DNA of 64,000 bases from a virus (lineage: Duplodnaviria; Heunggongvirae; Uroviricota; Caudoviricetes). The stretch lies in IMG/VR virus record IMGVR_UViG_3300044796_000394; one strand, written 5' to 3'. Below the pieces are notes generated by a model. It saw only the letters and a program-made list of their open reading frames with translations. It was not told where the DNA came from and did not search any database. Positions 37,862-46,070 of this stretch are shown here, one piece after another. Both the position numbers and the translations under genes were made by a program. Every line of letters starts with the position of its first letter. The first letter of the stretch is position 1.

Positions 37862-38536
37862 ATGTGGGATTTAGAAACGATCAAAAGGATCAATAAAATC
37901 GCACTAGCAAAAGGTAGAAAATCTATGCTTCCTCAAGAAAACGTTTCGGTAGTTGACAAAATTTTGGCATCTACCGAAAAAGCAACCAAAGGTTATTCCA
38001 AGCAAGATAAGGCTTTGGTTTGCTTAATGGCTAAGAATGGATTCTTGAAAGCGTTTTTGGCAACTGCTTCGCTCAAAGAGAAAAGTCTTTGGCATAAGAT
38101 TGTTTACAACCTTTTGATGAACGACGTTTATCCGTACATTGAAGAAATGGGCTTTGAAAGATTATACGCTGACACTATTCCCGATTTGATGAAAGATGAT
38201 GTTCAAGACATCGCATTTTTGAGATTGCTCAAACTCATCAATGCACAACAAGCTCATCAAATGGTGCGGGATAGTTGGTATCTTGGCGACAGTCATCAGG
38301 CATTGTTCGCCTTGAAGTTAAACGACGATGCCGGTGATGATGAACTTTTGGAAATCATCAAAACCGTTATCGCAGGTAGCGGCAAAGTAGTCGCTGATTA
38401 TTATGGTGGAAAAGCTGCTGCTGCTAATAGCTTGTTGGGTCAAACGATCAAGCGAGCAAAAGAAGCAGGCAAGAATACAGACCCGACAAAGACCAAAGAG
38501 TTAATTGTTAAAACCTTAGATGAGACAAAACCATGA
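37862..38536 (+). CDS. protein with C-terminal GatB/YqeY-like domain
   Basis: ELLEIIKTVIA..VVADYYGGK..SLLGQTIKR..DP; start corrected to ATG after tRNA (SD GAGG). Confidence 0.7.
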   Translation: MWDLETIKRINKIALAKGRKSMLPQENVSVVDKILASTEKATKGYSKQDKALVCLMAKNGFLKAFLATASLKEKSLWHKIVYNLLMNDVYPYIEEMGFERLYADTIPDLMKDDVQDIAFLRLLKLINAQQAHQMVRDSWYLGDSHQALFALKLNDDAGDDELLEIIKTVIAGSGKVVADYYGGKAAAANSLLGQTIKRAKEAGKNTDPTKTKELIVKTLDETKP

Positions 38537-38721
38537 TTTTAGTAGAACTAGATCCGAAAGTCACGCCGAAGTTAGGCGATGCGCAATCAATGGGCAGTGT
38601 TCAATTGGTGGACATGAAAGATGGTACACACCAAGTAGTTGATCATCTTAAGCGATCTGAACAAAACCTTGCAGACGATCTTCGCAAATGTGGCGATGTT
38701 CGTACCGTCAAGGTAATATGA
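38533..38721 (+). CDS. hypothetical protein
   Basis: Overlaps upstream stop by 4 nt. Confidence 0.55.
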   Translation: MILVELDPKVTPKLGDAQSMGSVQLVDMKDGTHQVVDHLKRSEQNLADDLRKCGDVRTVKVI

Positions 38722-38728
38722 AACAAAT

Positions 38729-38798
38729 AGGACGTATTGCGTGGGAGTAACATCGAACTCCAAATCCGAATGAGACGGTTCGAATCCGTCACGTCCTA
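38729..38798 (+). tRNA. tRNA-Trp(CCA), short irregular D-arm
   Basis: AGGACGT/ACGTCCT acceptor; loop CTCCAAA; T-arm GACGG-TTCGAAT-CCGTC. Confidence 0.75.
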
Positions 38799-38814
38799 CT
38801 TAGAAAAGAGGAAA

Positions 38815-39180
38815 ATGTCTTCACAAGATTGGAAAGATAGCAATGCTGACAAATTACGTCTTTATCGACGTGAGTGGTATCATCGCAACAAAGAAAAAGA
38901 AATTGAAAGGATAGTTGCTCGCAAAAAAGAAATGCGAACTTGGTTAAATGAATACAAATCTAATCTTGCTTGCAAAGCTTGTGGTGAAAATCATATAGGA
39001 TGCTTGGAATTTCATCATAAAAATAGCGAAGATAAAGATGTAGCTATAGCAATTGCTATGCAGCGTGGGTACAGTAAAAAAAGAATTATGGAAGAAATGG
39101 CCAAATGCGAAGTACTATGTGCAAATTGTCATAGAAAATTACATTGGGAAAATGGGAAAAAGGGCCAAATCGAATATTAA
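38815..39180 (+). CDS. HNH endonuclease
   Basis: CKACGENHIGCLEFHH..LCANCHRKLH; start after tRNA-Trp with SD GAGG. Confidence 0.85.
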   Translation: MSSQDWKDSNADKLRLYRREWYHRNKEKEIERIVARKKEMRTWLNEYKSNLACKACGENHIGCLEFHHKNSEDKDVAIAIAMQRGYSKKRIMEEMAKCEVLCANCHRKLHWENGKKGQIEY

Positions 39181-39194
39181 CCAAAAGGTGCTTT

Positions 39195-39599
39195 ATGAGA
39201 CTTGTCGCTATATTTCATTATCCGGGCTGTTGGGAATGCAGTGGACATGATGAAGTACGCCCGATGGTCTACGAGAGCGCCGAAGCCTTACTCGTTCATT
39301 TTGACGATAAAATGAAAGCGTACATTGCGGCACAAGAAGCCCAAAAGAAGGCTTATAAGGCATGGGAGAAATTAAAACCGAAGCCTCGCAAACACAAACA
39401 GCCTTTAACGGAATACGATGAGGCGTTTACCAAATGGTACCAACAACAGCCTAGAAACATGCCGGGTAGTTTGCACATTGAAATTGGCGGCTATACTTTC
39501 TATGCTGAAGACCTGATGAGCGATGGAAAATATCAACTGCCGACGATCTTGACAGTGGATGAATGGTTTGAACAATGGACGATTAGTTCGCAAGATTGA
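39195..39599 (+). CDS. hypothetical protein
   Basis: ATG 39195 with SD AAGGTG. Confidence 0.6.
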   Translation: MRLVAIFHYPGCWECSGHDEVRPMVYESAEALLVHFDDKMKAYIAAQEAQKKAYKAWEKLKPKPRKHKQPLTEYDEAFTKWYQQQPRNMPGSLHIEIGGYTFYAEDLMSDGKYQLPTILTVDEWFEQWTISSQD

Positions 39600-39678
39600 G
39601 TTAATAAACGAGTTTGGTTGAATCGAGAAAATGATTTGGTATGATGGAGAAAGACTCGTAAGTGATCTTTTTATGTTG

Positions 39679-39833
39679 GCTTTCACGGAATGAAAGTCGC
39701 ATAAGGGTGAACAGGTGGGTGGCCTTTTCCTCGATGACACCTGCTTCACCTGCGGAACCGGACGGCTCAAGGAGGTAGTTCACACCAGACGAGGTTTGTC
39801 GCCGACCCGTCGCTATGCCGTCCGGTTAACCGC
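39679..39833 (+). ncRNA. candidate GC-rich structured RNA
   Basis: Stems GCTTTCA/TGAAAGT, GGTGAACAGGTG/CACCTGCTTCACC, AACCGGACGGC/GCCGTCCGGTT. Confidence 0.5.
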
Positions 39834-39848
39834 AAATGGAATAATTGA

Positions 39849-40100
39849 ATGCCAGTAGAAAACGTGATGATTTGGGTGTTAACTATTGTTGCTGTTTTGT
39901 CGATGTTTGGAGCAGTAGCAGTAGTTTTAAACGTAGCAGAAAAGATTTCTCGCCGACGACAACGAAAAAAGTGTGAAATTGTTTTTGGTGGACACTCTTA
40001 CATTGAACTCTCTCATGGTAGACATTGTTGTTTTAGGTGTTTGACACTTCGAAGCAAATTACCCATTAGAGCCAAAATTGAAATCTTGATAGAGAAGTAA
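39849..40100 (+). CDS. small membrane-anchored protein
   Basis: N-terminal TM segment. Confidence 0.55.
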   Translation: MPVENVMIWVLTIVAVLSMFGAVAVVLNVAEKISRRRQRKKCEIVFGGHSYIELSHGRHCCFRCLTLRSKLPIRAKIEILIEK

Positions 40101-40101
40101 T

Positions 40102-40425
40102 ATGAGATGCCCATTATGTAACGCATTGTTAATTATTAAGGTCATTAAAAAGCGTGATATTGATCTTCAATGTCATAATTGTGATTTTGTTTGGGGAAAT
40201 TGTTCTCGCAAAATTCCCGATGAAATGAATGAATTCTATACTTGCGGCAACGTAGAGTGGACAAGAGAGGAATTGTCTCTTATTGGCCAAGCAATGAAAA
40301 GAAGTTATCTTTTTGATGATGACAGAAGGTTTTTCAAAGGCAGAAAAACTTATAGTGTTTGGCGTGAAAACGATAAGATAATTAACGTCTTTGATAAATG
40401 TGAAGAACTAATCAAAGACATTTAG
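40102..40425 (+). CDS. Zn-ribbon hypothetical protein
   Basis: CPLC..CHNC. Confidence 0.55.
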   Translation: MRCPLCNALLIIKVIKKRDIDLQCHNCDFVWGNCSRKIPDEMNEFYTCGNVEWTREELSLIGQAMKRSYLFDDDRRFFKGRKTYSVWRENDKIINVFDKCEELIKDI

Positions 40426-40605
40426 TGGAGATCGTCATGCAGTGTATTAATTGTAATAAAGAATGTGAATTTGATAGTCCTTATTTTCTTTGTCGTGAAC
40501 ACTGGATTGAATGGTTTGCCGAAAATACGGCAGATGATGAAATTCAATTAACACCACAAGAAATCATTGAATTCAAAAAAGAATTACAAGAAACAATTTG
40601 ATTTT

Positions 40606-40679
40606 CGGGCGGTAGCTCAATTTGGTAGAGCGCCTGGTTTGGGACCAGGAGGTTGCAGGTTCAATTCCTGTCCGCCCGA
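40606..40679 (+). tRNA. tRNA-Pro(TGG)
   Basis: CCTGG-TTTGGGA-CCAGG; canonical cloverleaf. Confidence 0.95.
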
Positions 40680-40763
40680 CTGACTTTTACAGAATTTCGT
40701 ATGTAACTACATTTTTAGGCAATGAATTGTTACATACACTACTCGTCAGTAAAAGTCTATTTT

Positions 40764-40934
40764 CTCATACCACCCTGATGTTGCAAAACGTGGCGGGTGG
40801 AATTTGTGAGACCGCTATCTTAATGTGTGATAGCAAAGAGAGTGAAAAGTGGAAGCCTCATAAGCGTTCATGCTCTGAAGTTAATAACTCAGATATAATA
40901 ACTCTCTAATACGACGGGATGGCATCCTGTCGTG
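40764..40934 (+). ncRNA. candidate multi-hairpin RNA
   Basis: CCACCC/GGGTGG stem with GCAA-capped inner hairpin; GCTATC/GATAGC; TACGACGGGA/TCCTGTCGTG. Confidence 0.35.
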
Positions 40935-40935
40935 T

Positions 40936-41013
40936 GACAACATCTCAGAAACCTTAAACAAGTGGTCTGGCTTGCCCGCAAGGGAAGATCGGTTCAATTC
41001 CGATGTAGTTGTT
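40936..41013 (+). pseudogene. tRNA-like element lacking a D-arm
   Basis: GACAAC/GTTGTT closing stem, T-arm ATCGG-TTCAATT-CCGAT, CCC-GCAAA-GGG arm. Confidence 0.35.
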
Positions 41014-41017
41014 TTTA

Positions 41018-41091
41018 GGCTCGTTCGTCTACGTTGGCTAGGACCGTTGTTTTTCAGGCAACAGAAGGCGGATCGTCACCGCCACGAGTCA
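41018..41091 (+). tRNA. tRNA-Glu(TTC), atypical T-loop ATCGTCA
   Basis: GTTGT-TTTTCAG-GCAAC; GGCTCGT/ACGAGTC acceptor. Confidence 0.8.
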
Positions 41092-41194
41092 TCGACCGAA
41101 AGGTCACAATACTGAGTTCTGTCACACAGAATACAACACCCGGAAGGGGAAGGGAAGTTAATAGCTTTCGCTCGACAATTTTTTGAGGTGCGTT

Positions 41195-41422
41195 ATGGAA
41201 GTAATGGTAATTGTTGAAGATGATTTTCATTGTCAATCTGTTGCTGGTGAATTGGCAAAGATCGGCATGGTAATCACAGAAATTTTGCCAGCAGTCGGTG
41301 CTGTAACGGGAAGCATTATGCCTCCTCTCACACTGTCAGACTTGAAAAAAGTTAACGGTGTTCTGGATGCCGAAGAAACGGTAATTTCAACTACAAACCA
41401 TAAGTACGGTTGCTGTGGATAA
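41195..41422 (+). CDS. small hypothetical protein
   Basis: ATG 41195 with SD GAGGTG. Confidence 0.6.
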   Translation: MEVMVIVEDDFHCQSVAGELAKIGMVITEILPAVGAVTGSIMPPLTLSDLKKVNGVLDAEETVISTTNHKYGCCG

Positions 41423-41678
41423 TAAAATCTTAACTGTTGAACATGTGATGAGATGCAAAGGCACTCAACTCATTGGCAAACTTGAATGCGATGTTAAGGT
41501 AAACGATCAAGTTAACATCAAAAATAACACTGTTCGTATTTTTGCTATCCTTAAGGGTATGTCACAAGACCTTCAAGACTTTGCCAGCAAGGGTGACCAT
41601 GTAGTATTAATGTTTAGAAATATACCACATGTTCCAATTAGTCCCGGCGATGAAGTCTTGACTGCTCCCAATACATAA
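41415..41678 (+). CDS. stand-alone EF-Tu domain-2-like beta-barrel
   Basis: GKLECDVKVNDQV..DFASKGDHVVLMFRNI..ISPGDEVL parallels EF-Tu/SelB domain II. Confidence 0.55.
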   Translation: MDNKILTVEHVMRCKGTQLIGKLECDVKVNDQVNIKNNTVRIFAILKGMSQDLQDFASKGDHVVLMFRNIPHVPISPGDEVLTAPNT

Positions 41679-41681
41679 GGC

Positions 41682-42263
41682 ATGGAAACCTTTAAGCAGT
41701 TTTTTGAAGTTCAAAGTGGTGTCATTGTAGCTTATCACGGAACGCCCCACGGACTTTTTGATAAATTTGACGCATCAAAGCGTGGTGAAGGCGCTGACCA
41801 AGGCGACTTTGGCAATTATGGTAATGGTTTTTATTTTACCATTGATAAAGCAATGGCAATAAGGTATGCTAAAAAACTTACTGAACGCCAAATTGGTAAT
41901 CAGCCATATTTGTACACTGTCAATTTGAGAATATTCAAACCATTCTCTTTTGACAGGTTGCGTAATTATGAAAAAGACTTTTGGGATACAATTAAGGCTA
42001 ATCATGCGGCAGGAATGAAACACGGTTTGATAAACATTTCAAGTGAGCAAGAAAATGCTATAATGAAAAAGTATCAGACGACAGAAGATGAAATTGAGTT
42101 TATGAAGTGGTTAGAGTCGAAGATGAATGACAATTGGGAAGATGTGAACTTCGCACAAATATTGAAAAAGAAAAGATATGATAGTGTTGTGATCAAAGGC
42201 GGCGAAGAAATAGTCGTCTTTGACGAACATCAAATACAGATAATCAAAAGAGAACCAGTATGA
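41682..42263 (+). CDS. ADP-ribosyltransferase-fold protein (H-Y-E type)
   Basis: AYHGT, GNGFYFT, AIRYA, YDSVVI, EEIVVFD. Confidence 0.75.
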   Translation: METFKQFFEVQSGVIVAYHGTPHGLFDKFDASKRGEGADQGDFGNYGNGFYFTIDKAMAIRYAKKLTERQIGNQPYLYTVNLRIFKPFSFDRLRNYEKDFWDTIKANHAAGMKHGLINISSEQENAIMKKYQTTEDEIEFMKWLESKMNDNWEDVNFAQILKKKRYDSVVIKGGEEIVVFDEHQIQIIKREPV

Positions 42264-42532
42264 GCAAAAAAGTATATTACAGACAGTGTCGGTTAAGTAA
42301 GCCGGGTTATTTGGATCAAGTAAGTTGGATTCCTGAAACCTTCGCCGAAGCTGGCAAGATAGTCAAGTTGAAGAATGAAGGAACAGAGGATTGGGCGAAT
42401 GGATGGTCAGTTAAGTCCGTTGGTTTGACAAGACTTGCTGAAACGCCTCATACCGAAGGATTGATTCGCAATCACAGAAATGCGACTGGCGACTCAATGC
42501 CAAAGAAGGCAAATGTCGTTGTAGCGGAATAA
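42260..42532 (+). CDS. hypothetical protein
   Basis: ATGA-coupled, 90 aa. Confidence 0.65.
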   Translation: MSKKVYYRQCRLSKPGYLDQVSWIPETFAEAGKIVKLKNEGTEDWANGWSVKSVGLTRLAETPHTEGLIRNHRNATGDSMPKKANVVVAE

Positions 42533-42546
42533 ATAAGAAGTAAAGA

Positions 42547-42617
42547 CGGCCCGTAGCACAATGGTAGTGCAAAGTTCTGATAAAGCTGAGACAAAGGTTC
42601 AATTCCTTTCGGGCCGA
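42547..42617 (+). tRNA. tRNA-Ile(GAT)
   Basis: Loop CTGATAA; CGGCCCG/CGGGCCG acceptor. Confidence 0.85.
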
Positions 42618-42681
42618 TTTGAGTTATGTTTGGTTAACCAGCATCGTTTGGAAGCAACGAAGCATAACTTGATTTTTTGTC

Positions 42682-42748
42682 CAACGTCAGTGATTAAAAA
42701 GTAGCTAAGCCCGATGCGAAGAGGCAAACGCTTACTGTTCAGACGTTG
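42682..42748 (+). ncRNA. candidate structured RNA hairpin
   Basis: CAACGTC/GACGTTG and AGTGA/TTACT stems in ORF-free gap. Confidence 0.25.
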
Positions 42749-42757
42749 TGCTTTTTT

Positions 42758-42778
42758 GCGGGGATAGCTCAATTGGTA
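42758..42778 (+). pseudogene. tRNA 5' fragment (acceptor strand + half D-arm)
   Basis: GCGGGGATAGCTCAATTGGTA ends abruptly before AT-rich gene. Confidence 0.55.
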
Positions 42779-42812
42779 TATTGGTTGTTAGAAAAGCTTT
42801 AATAGATTTGAG

Positions 42813-43655
42813 ATGTTTAATATGAAATCGGCGATTAACGAAGACTTTGTTTGGAAAACAACAGTCGTAAAACCGGTAGACATTCTTGATGCCATTAAAA
42901 CTATTGATGGCGATGGCTTGGAGTTGAGCTTAGTTCCAGAAAATTGGGCTAATGCTCATTTGTACCTAAGTTGGGCAAAAGCGGAACTTGAGAATGATAA
43001 CCCGTTCGGATGGGAAAAGGTTGTGAATTACGCCAAGAAGACAGTATGTCGACTTATAGACGGTCTACTCTTGAACAATTACTTCGGAAAATATCTTGGA
43101 TCGAATTATCCAAAAAAAATTAAATTACTACAGACTCTCGGAATTGAAATTCCTGACCTAGTCCATGATTGGATCATTCATAAACGAAATAAAATCGAAC
43201 ACGACTATCAGTTGGCGGACAAAAAACAAGCAAAGAATGCCGTAGAAATTGCTGGACTATTCCTCGCAGCAACAACGGGAGATGCGGCTCGCAAACCATT
43301 CCTAATTGGCGGTACATCAATTGTGTGCCGTTTTGGAAGTGGATGGCCTGGGGATCATGTAGAAAAATTGAATAGAATGAGGGTGAACGGAAATCCATTT
43401 GTTTTCTTCGATTCTCATGAAGATCACAAAAAATCAATTGTTAAAATTATTTATCCTATTGATATGGAAATTCGATCTTCTCAAATAAAAGAATTTTCAG
43501 AAGTGGAAATGATTGAATTTTCTAAGATTATGCGAAAATATAAGTTTTTTCTTGAATTTGCAAAACCAATGATAGAAAATTCGGGATTGTCTCTGGAGAG
43601 TGTGATGAATTATCAAGTTATGGAAGCATTCAAAAAACGATTAAATGTTGATTAA
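42813..43655 (+). CDS. protein with HEPN-like RxxxxH motif
   Basis: KRNKIEH in helical N-terminal region; AT-rich. Confidence 0.55.
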   Translation: MFNMKSAINEDFVWKTTVVKPVDILDAIKTIDGDGLELSLVPENWANAHLYLSWAKAELENDNPFGWEKVVNYAKKTVCRLIDGLLLNNYFGKYLGSNYPKKIKLLQTLGIEIPDLVHDWIIHKRNKIEHDYQLADKKQAKNAVEIAGLFLAATTGDAARKPFLIGGTSIVCRFGSGWPGDHVEKLNRMRVNGNPFVFFDSHEDHKKSIVKIIYPIDMEIRSSQIKEFSEVEMIEFSKIMRKYKFFLEFAKPMIENSGLSLESVMNYQVMEAFKKRLNVD

Positions 43656-43672
43656 TGAAAGCGGTTCAATAA

Positions 43673-44071
43673 ATGAAAAAATGTTGTATGTGTCAGAAGG
43701 AACTTGATAAAATAAATTTCAAGACAAACAAAAGACGATTGGATGGATTACAATCTCAATGTATTAACTGTCATAAAGAATACCGTCGTCAGCACTACTT
43801 GAAGAACCGTGAAAAATACATTAAGTTAGCTGCTGACGGTGGTGATAATTTTAGAACATGGTGGGCAGAATACAGAAAACAATTTGTTTGTTCCTGTGGT
43901 GAAAGTCATCCCGGTTGTATAGATTTTCATCATCCAAACGATAATAAATCTGCCAATGTTTCAAAACTTGTTATTGATAAGTGCAAGACAAAACTTTTGA
44001 CGGAAATTGAAAAATGTATTCCATTATGTGCTAACTGTCATAGAAAACATCATTGGAATGAGAGAAATTAA
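43673..44071 (+). CDS. HNH endonuclease
   Basis: CCMC..CINC N-terminal Zn module; CGESHPGCIDFHH..LCANCHRKHH. Confidence 0.85.
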   Translation: MKKCCMCQKELDKINFKTNKRRLDGLQSQCINCHKEYRRQHYLKNREKYIKLAADGGDNFRTWWAEYRKQFVCSCGESHPGCIDFHHPNDNKSANVSKLVIDKCKTKLLTEIEKCIPLCANCHRKHHWNERN

Positions 44072-44142
44072 GCGGAATTGGCATATCGGTTGTGCTCCAG
44101 CCTTCCAAGCTGGCCAGACGGGTTCGACTCCCGTATCCCGCT
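44072..44142 (+). tRNA. tRNA-Gly(TCC)
   Basis: CCAGC-CTTCCAA-GCTGG; U73. Confidence 0.92.
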
Positions 44143-44144
44143 CT

Positions 44145-44224
44145 GAATATAGGTCGTTTTAAGTCAGTTAAGACTCCGTCAATCGTCTGTTGCCGGAATA
44201 GAGGTTCAAATCCTCTCCTATTCA
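44145..44224 (+). pseudogene. degenerate tRNA-like element (possibly Asp GTC-derived)
   Basis: Intact T-arm AGAGG-TTCAAAT-CCTCT, bulged acceptor, distorted anticodon arm. Confidence 0.4.
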
Positions 44225-44323
44225 CAAACGCAATGGCCGAGGGGTCTAAGCCCCCCATAAACTAGGTAGCGATCCCTAAATTCTGGGACGACTTGCTCCG
44301 AGTGCCTATGCTGATCAAATTGT

Positions 44324-44396
44324 ACGGGCTTAGAGAAACGGTTATCTCACAACCCTCATAAGGTTGAAATAGGTGGTTCGACTCCATCAGTCCGCA
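44324..44396 (+). tRNA. tRNA-Met/Ile2(CAT)
   Basis: CAACC-CTCATAA-GGTTG; 1:72 mismatch but no GGG/CCC initiator stem. Confidence 0.85.
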
Positions 44397-44449
44397 TTGA
44401 TTTTGTAAATTAAATATGATACTATTGTCGTATCAGAAAGGTTAGTCAG

Positions 44450-44791
44450 ATGCATTACACGCTTTGTAAATATGGGAATGTGTCAGAGAGGTTGCTGGAC
44501 ACGACATATCCACTGACTTTAACCCCCGATGAAGTTGAGAATATGTTTGACTGCGGTGGCAACCCTCCCGTCCATTGTTACAGCGTCACTCACATGCATG
44601 TGGTAGATCGTCTGAAAAAAGACCTTCCTGATTACAAATTTAATTTCAATCGGTGTTCGTATATGATTGAAGCGGGTGCCGATGTTTGGAACGAGCAATA
44701 CGAAGGTTTGTATCCTGCTCCCGATGAATTCACGCAAGGCATTCCAGATAGTTCGCCGTTAAATTCAGCGGTTGCTGTTATGCCCGGTTGA
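44450..44791 (+). CDS. hypothetical protein
   Basis: 113-aa ORF with SD AAGG. Confidence 0.6.
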   Translation: MHYTLCKYGNVSERLLDTTYPLTLTPDEVENMFDCGGNPPVHCYSVTHMHVVDRLKKDLPDYKFNFNRCSYMIEAGADVWNEQYEGLYPAPDEFTQGIPDSSPLNSAVAVMPG

Positions 44792-44801
44792 TGGAAAATT
44801 T

Positions 44802-44873
44802 TGCCTTATAGCTCAACGGTAGAGCGGCGTGCTGTTAACACGAAGGTTGAAGGTTCAAATCCTTCTAGGGCAG
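44802..44873 (+). tRNA. tRNA-Asn(GTT)
   Basis: CGTG-CTGTTAA-CACG; G73. Confidence 0.92.
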
Positions 44874-44913
44874 CTTGGTTTGTATTTTTTGGAAACTCTG
44901 TCTAAAGGTCATC

Positions 44914-45222
44914 ATGAAAACGACGCAAAACTTCATCACGTGTAAGCTGGTTTTCGGCTTCGGGTTTAAGAAGGAAGATGTTGTGGCGTTGTTGGCCAAG
45001 TACACGCAAGATGGTGTCATTGCCAATTTCGTTGAAGACATCCATATCGGCTGCAATCGCTTGGCTTTTGCCGTCGTGGACATTCCTGCCTCTGTTAGCC
45101 ACCAGTTGGTTAACGATAACGTAGTGAAGGAAATGGATATGCTTGCTTCATATGGCAAGCCTCTATCAATGGCCGAAAACTGCGGGGCTGGCGGATGCTG
45201 TGGTGGTGGTTGCGGACCTTAA
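44914..45222 (+). CDS. hypothetical protein with Cys/Gly-rich tail
   Basis: ATG 44914; tail CGAGGCCGGGCGP. Confidence 0.6.
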   Translation: MKTTQNFITCKLVFGFGFKKEDVVALLAKYTQDGVIANFVEDIHIGCNRLAFAVVDIPASVSHQLVNDNVVKEMDMLASYGKPLSMAENCGAGGCCGGGCGP

Positions 45223-45268
45223 TATTGATGGGGCTTAGATCGCCTTAATGTTGTGAAAGAGAAGACTT

Positions 45269-45463
45269 ATGATAAATGTAGAGACAAATGCTGAGATTAG
45301 AGTAAGAGTAGAAAATGCTCTGCGTCGTCGCAATTTGTGGGACGTATTCAAGCAAGAAGGAATAATGGAAGAAGTGATTTCCGATATAACGAAAATACAA
45401 GGCGGTAGAAGTCCGTTATTGTGGTCGCAACTTGAAGATTTCTTGATAGGTTGGAGGGGCTAA
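45269..45463 (+). CDS. hypothetical protein
   Basis: 64-aa ORF. Confidence 0.5.
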   Translation: MINVETNAEIRVRVENALRRRNLWDVFKQEGIMEEVISDITKIQGGRSPLLWSQLEDFLIGWRG

Positions 45464-45485
45464 AGTGGGCCTCGCCTAAGCCCCC

Positions 45486-45749
45486 ATGTCGTATTCAGGG
45501 AAACGAATCATGGCAACAGTAAAGTTCCAATTTGAAGCTGGCATGGTTGTGCGAAGTGATGTTCGCTCAATCATTAAAAAGTATTGCTTTCGGTGGAATT
45601 ATGATTTGGCCATTGAAGAGGATGCCGGATTTTTTTCTACGACTTTTTATTGTAAGGTTAAGTGTCCAGACTCACAAAGCAAACTGGCCAAGGAACGAAT
45701 CAATACATTGTTGATCGCATTGAAAAATCAACTTGACAACGGCAAATAG
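45486..45749 (+). CDS. hypothetical protein
   Basis: 87-aa ORF. Confidence 0.55.
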   Translation: MSYSGKRIMATVKFQFEAGMVVRSDVRSIIKKYCFRWNYDLAIEEDAGFFSTTFYCKVKCPDSQSKLAKERINTLLIALKNQLDNGK

Positions 45750-45760
45750 GTGTGTATAAT
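45733..45760 (+). promoter_or_regulatory. sigma70-type promoter for the trpS operon
   Basis: TTGACA-16 nt-TATAAT, ATG 45768 near predicted +1. Confidence 0.65.
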
Positions 45761-45767
45761 GGGTGAA

Positions 45768-46070
45768 ATGTCGCCATTCGCCTCTCGTGGAAGGGGCTTA
45801 GTTAGACAGGGTGTTAAACCTATTTATAACTATGTGAGTGGCCCGTTCGCAACTTACATACAAGCGGACACGTATCGGCGAAATTGTTGTCATATGGGGT
45901 TTGAGATAGTGACGTTGGATGCGGTGACGGGCGGCGGATTTCGTCCCCCGAACTATCCATCCTACGGTTTCTATATTGTTCACCATCTGAATAAACATCC
46001 ACAAACGCCACCACCCGAACCAGTTGTTAAATCAACTTTCAAAACCTACTTTCGTGAGGCAAAAAAATGA
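45768..46070 (+). CDS. hypothetical protein
   Basis: Ends in ATGA overlap with trpS leader start. Confidence 0.6.
   Translation: MSPFASRGRGLVRQGVKPIYNYVSGPFATYIQADTYRRNCCHMGFEIVTLDAVTGGGFRPPNYPSYGFYIVHHLNKHPQTPPPEPVVKSTFKTYFREAKK

Noticed and set aside
42682-42748. Hatchet ribozyme (CTTACTG, CAGTGA, CAGACGTT words)
   Set aside because: Words are in the wrong order and simply pair with each other in one hairpin.
44236-44260. Twister ribozyme (GGGGTCTAAGCCCC resembles P4/L4)
   Set aside because: P1/P2 and the UAA cleavage loop cannot be built; better explained as a tRNA D-arm remnant.
45230-45484. 9-bp inverted repeat GGGGCTTAG/CTAAGCCCC around ORF 45269 as MITE or intron ends
   Set aside because: Too short, no target duplication, and the right copy has a local hairpin partner.
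46068-46070. Genome-wide TGA reassignment or readthrough to explain the trpS start
   Set aside because: Many genes end at TGA with ATGA coupling, tRNA-Trp has CCA and no TCA suppressor was seen. Local readthrough remains only a minor alternative.
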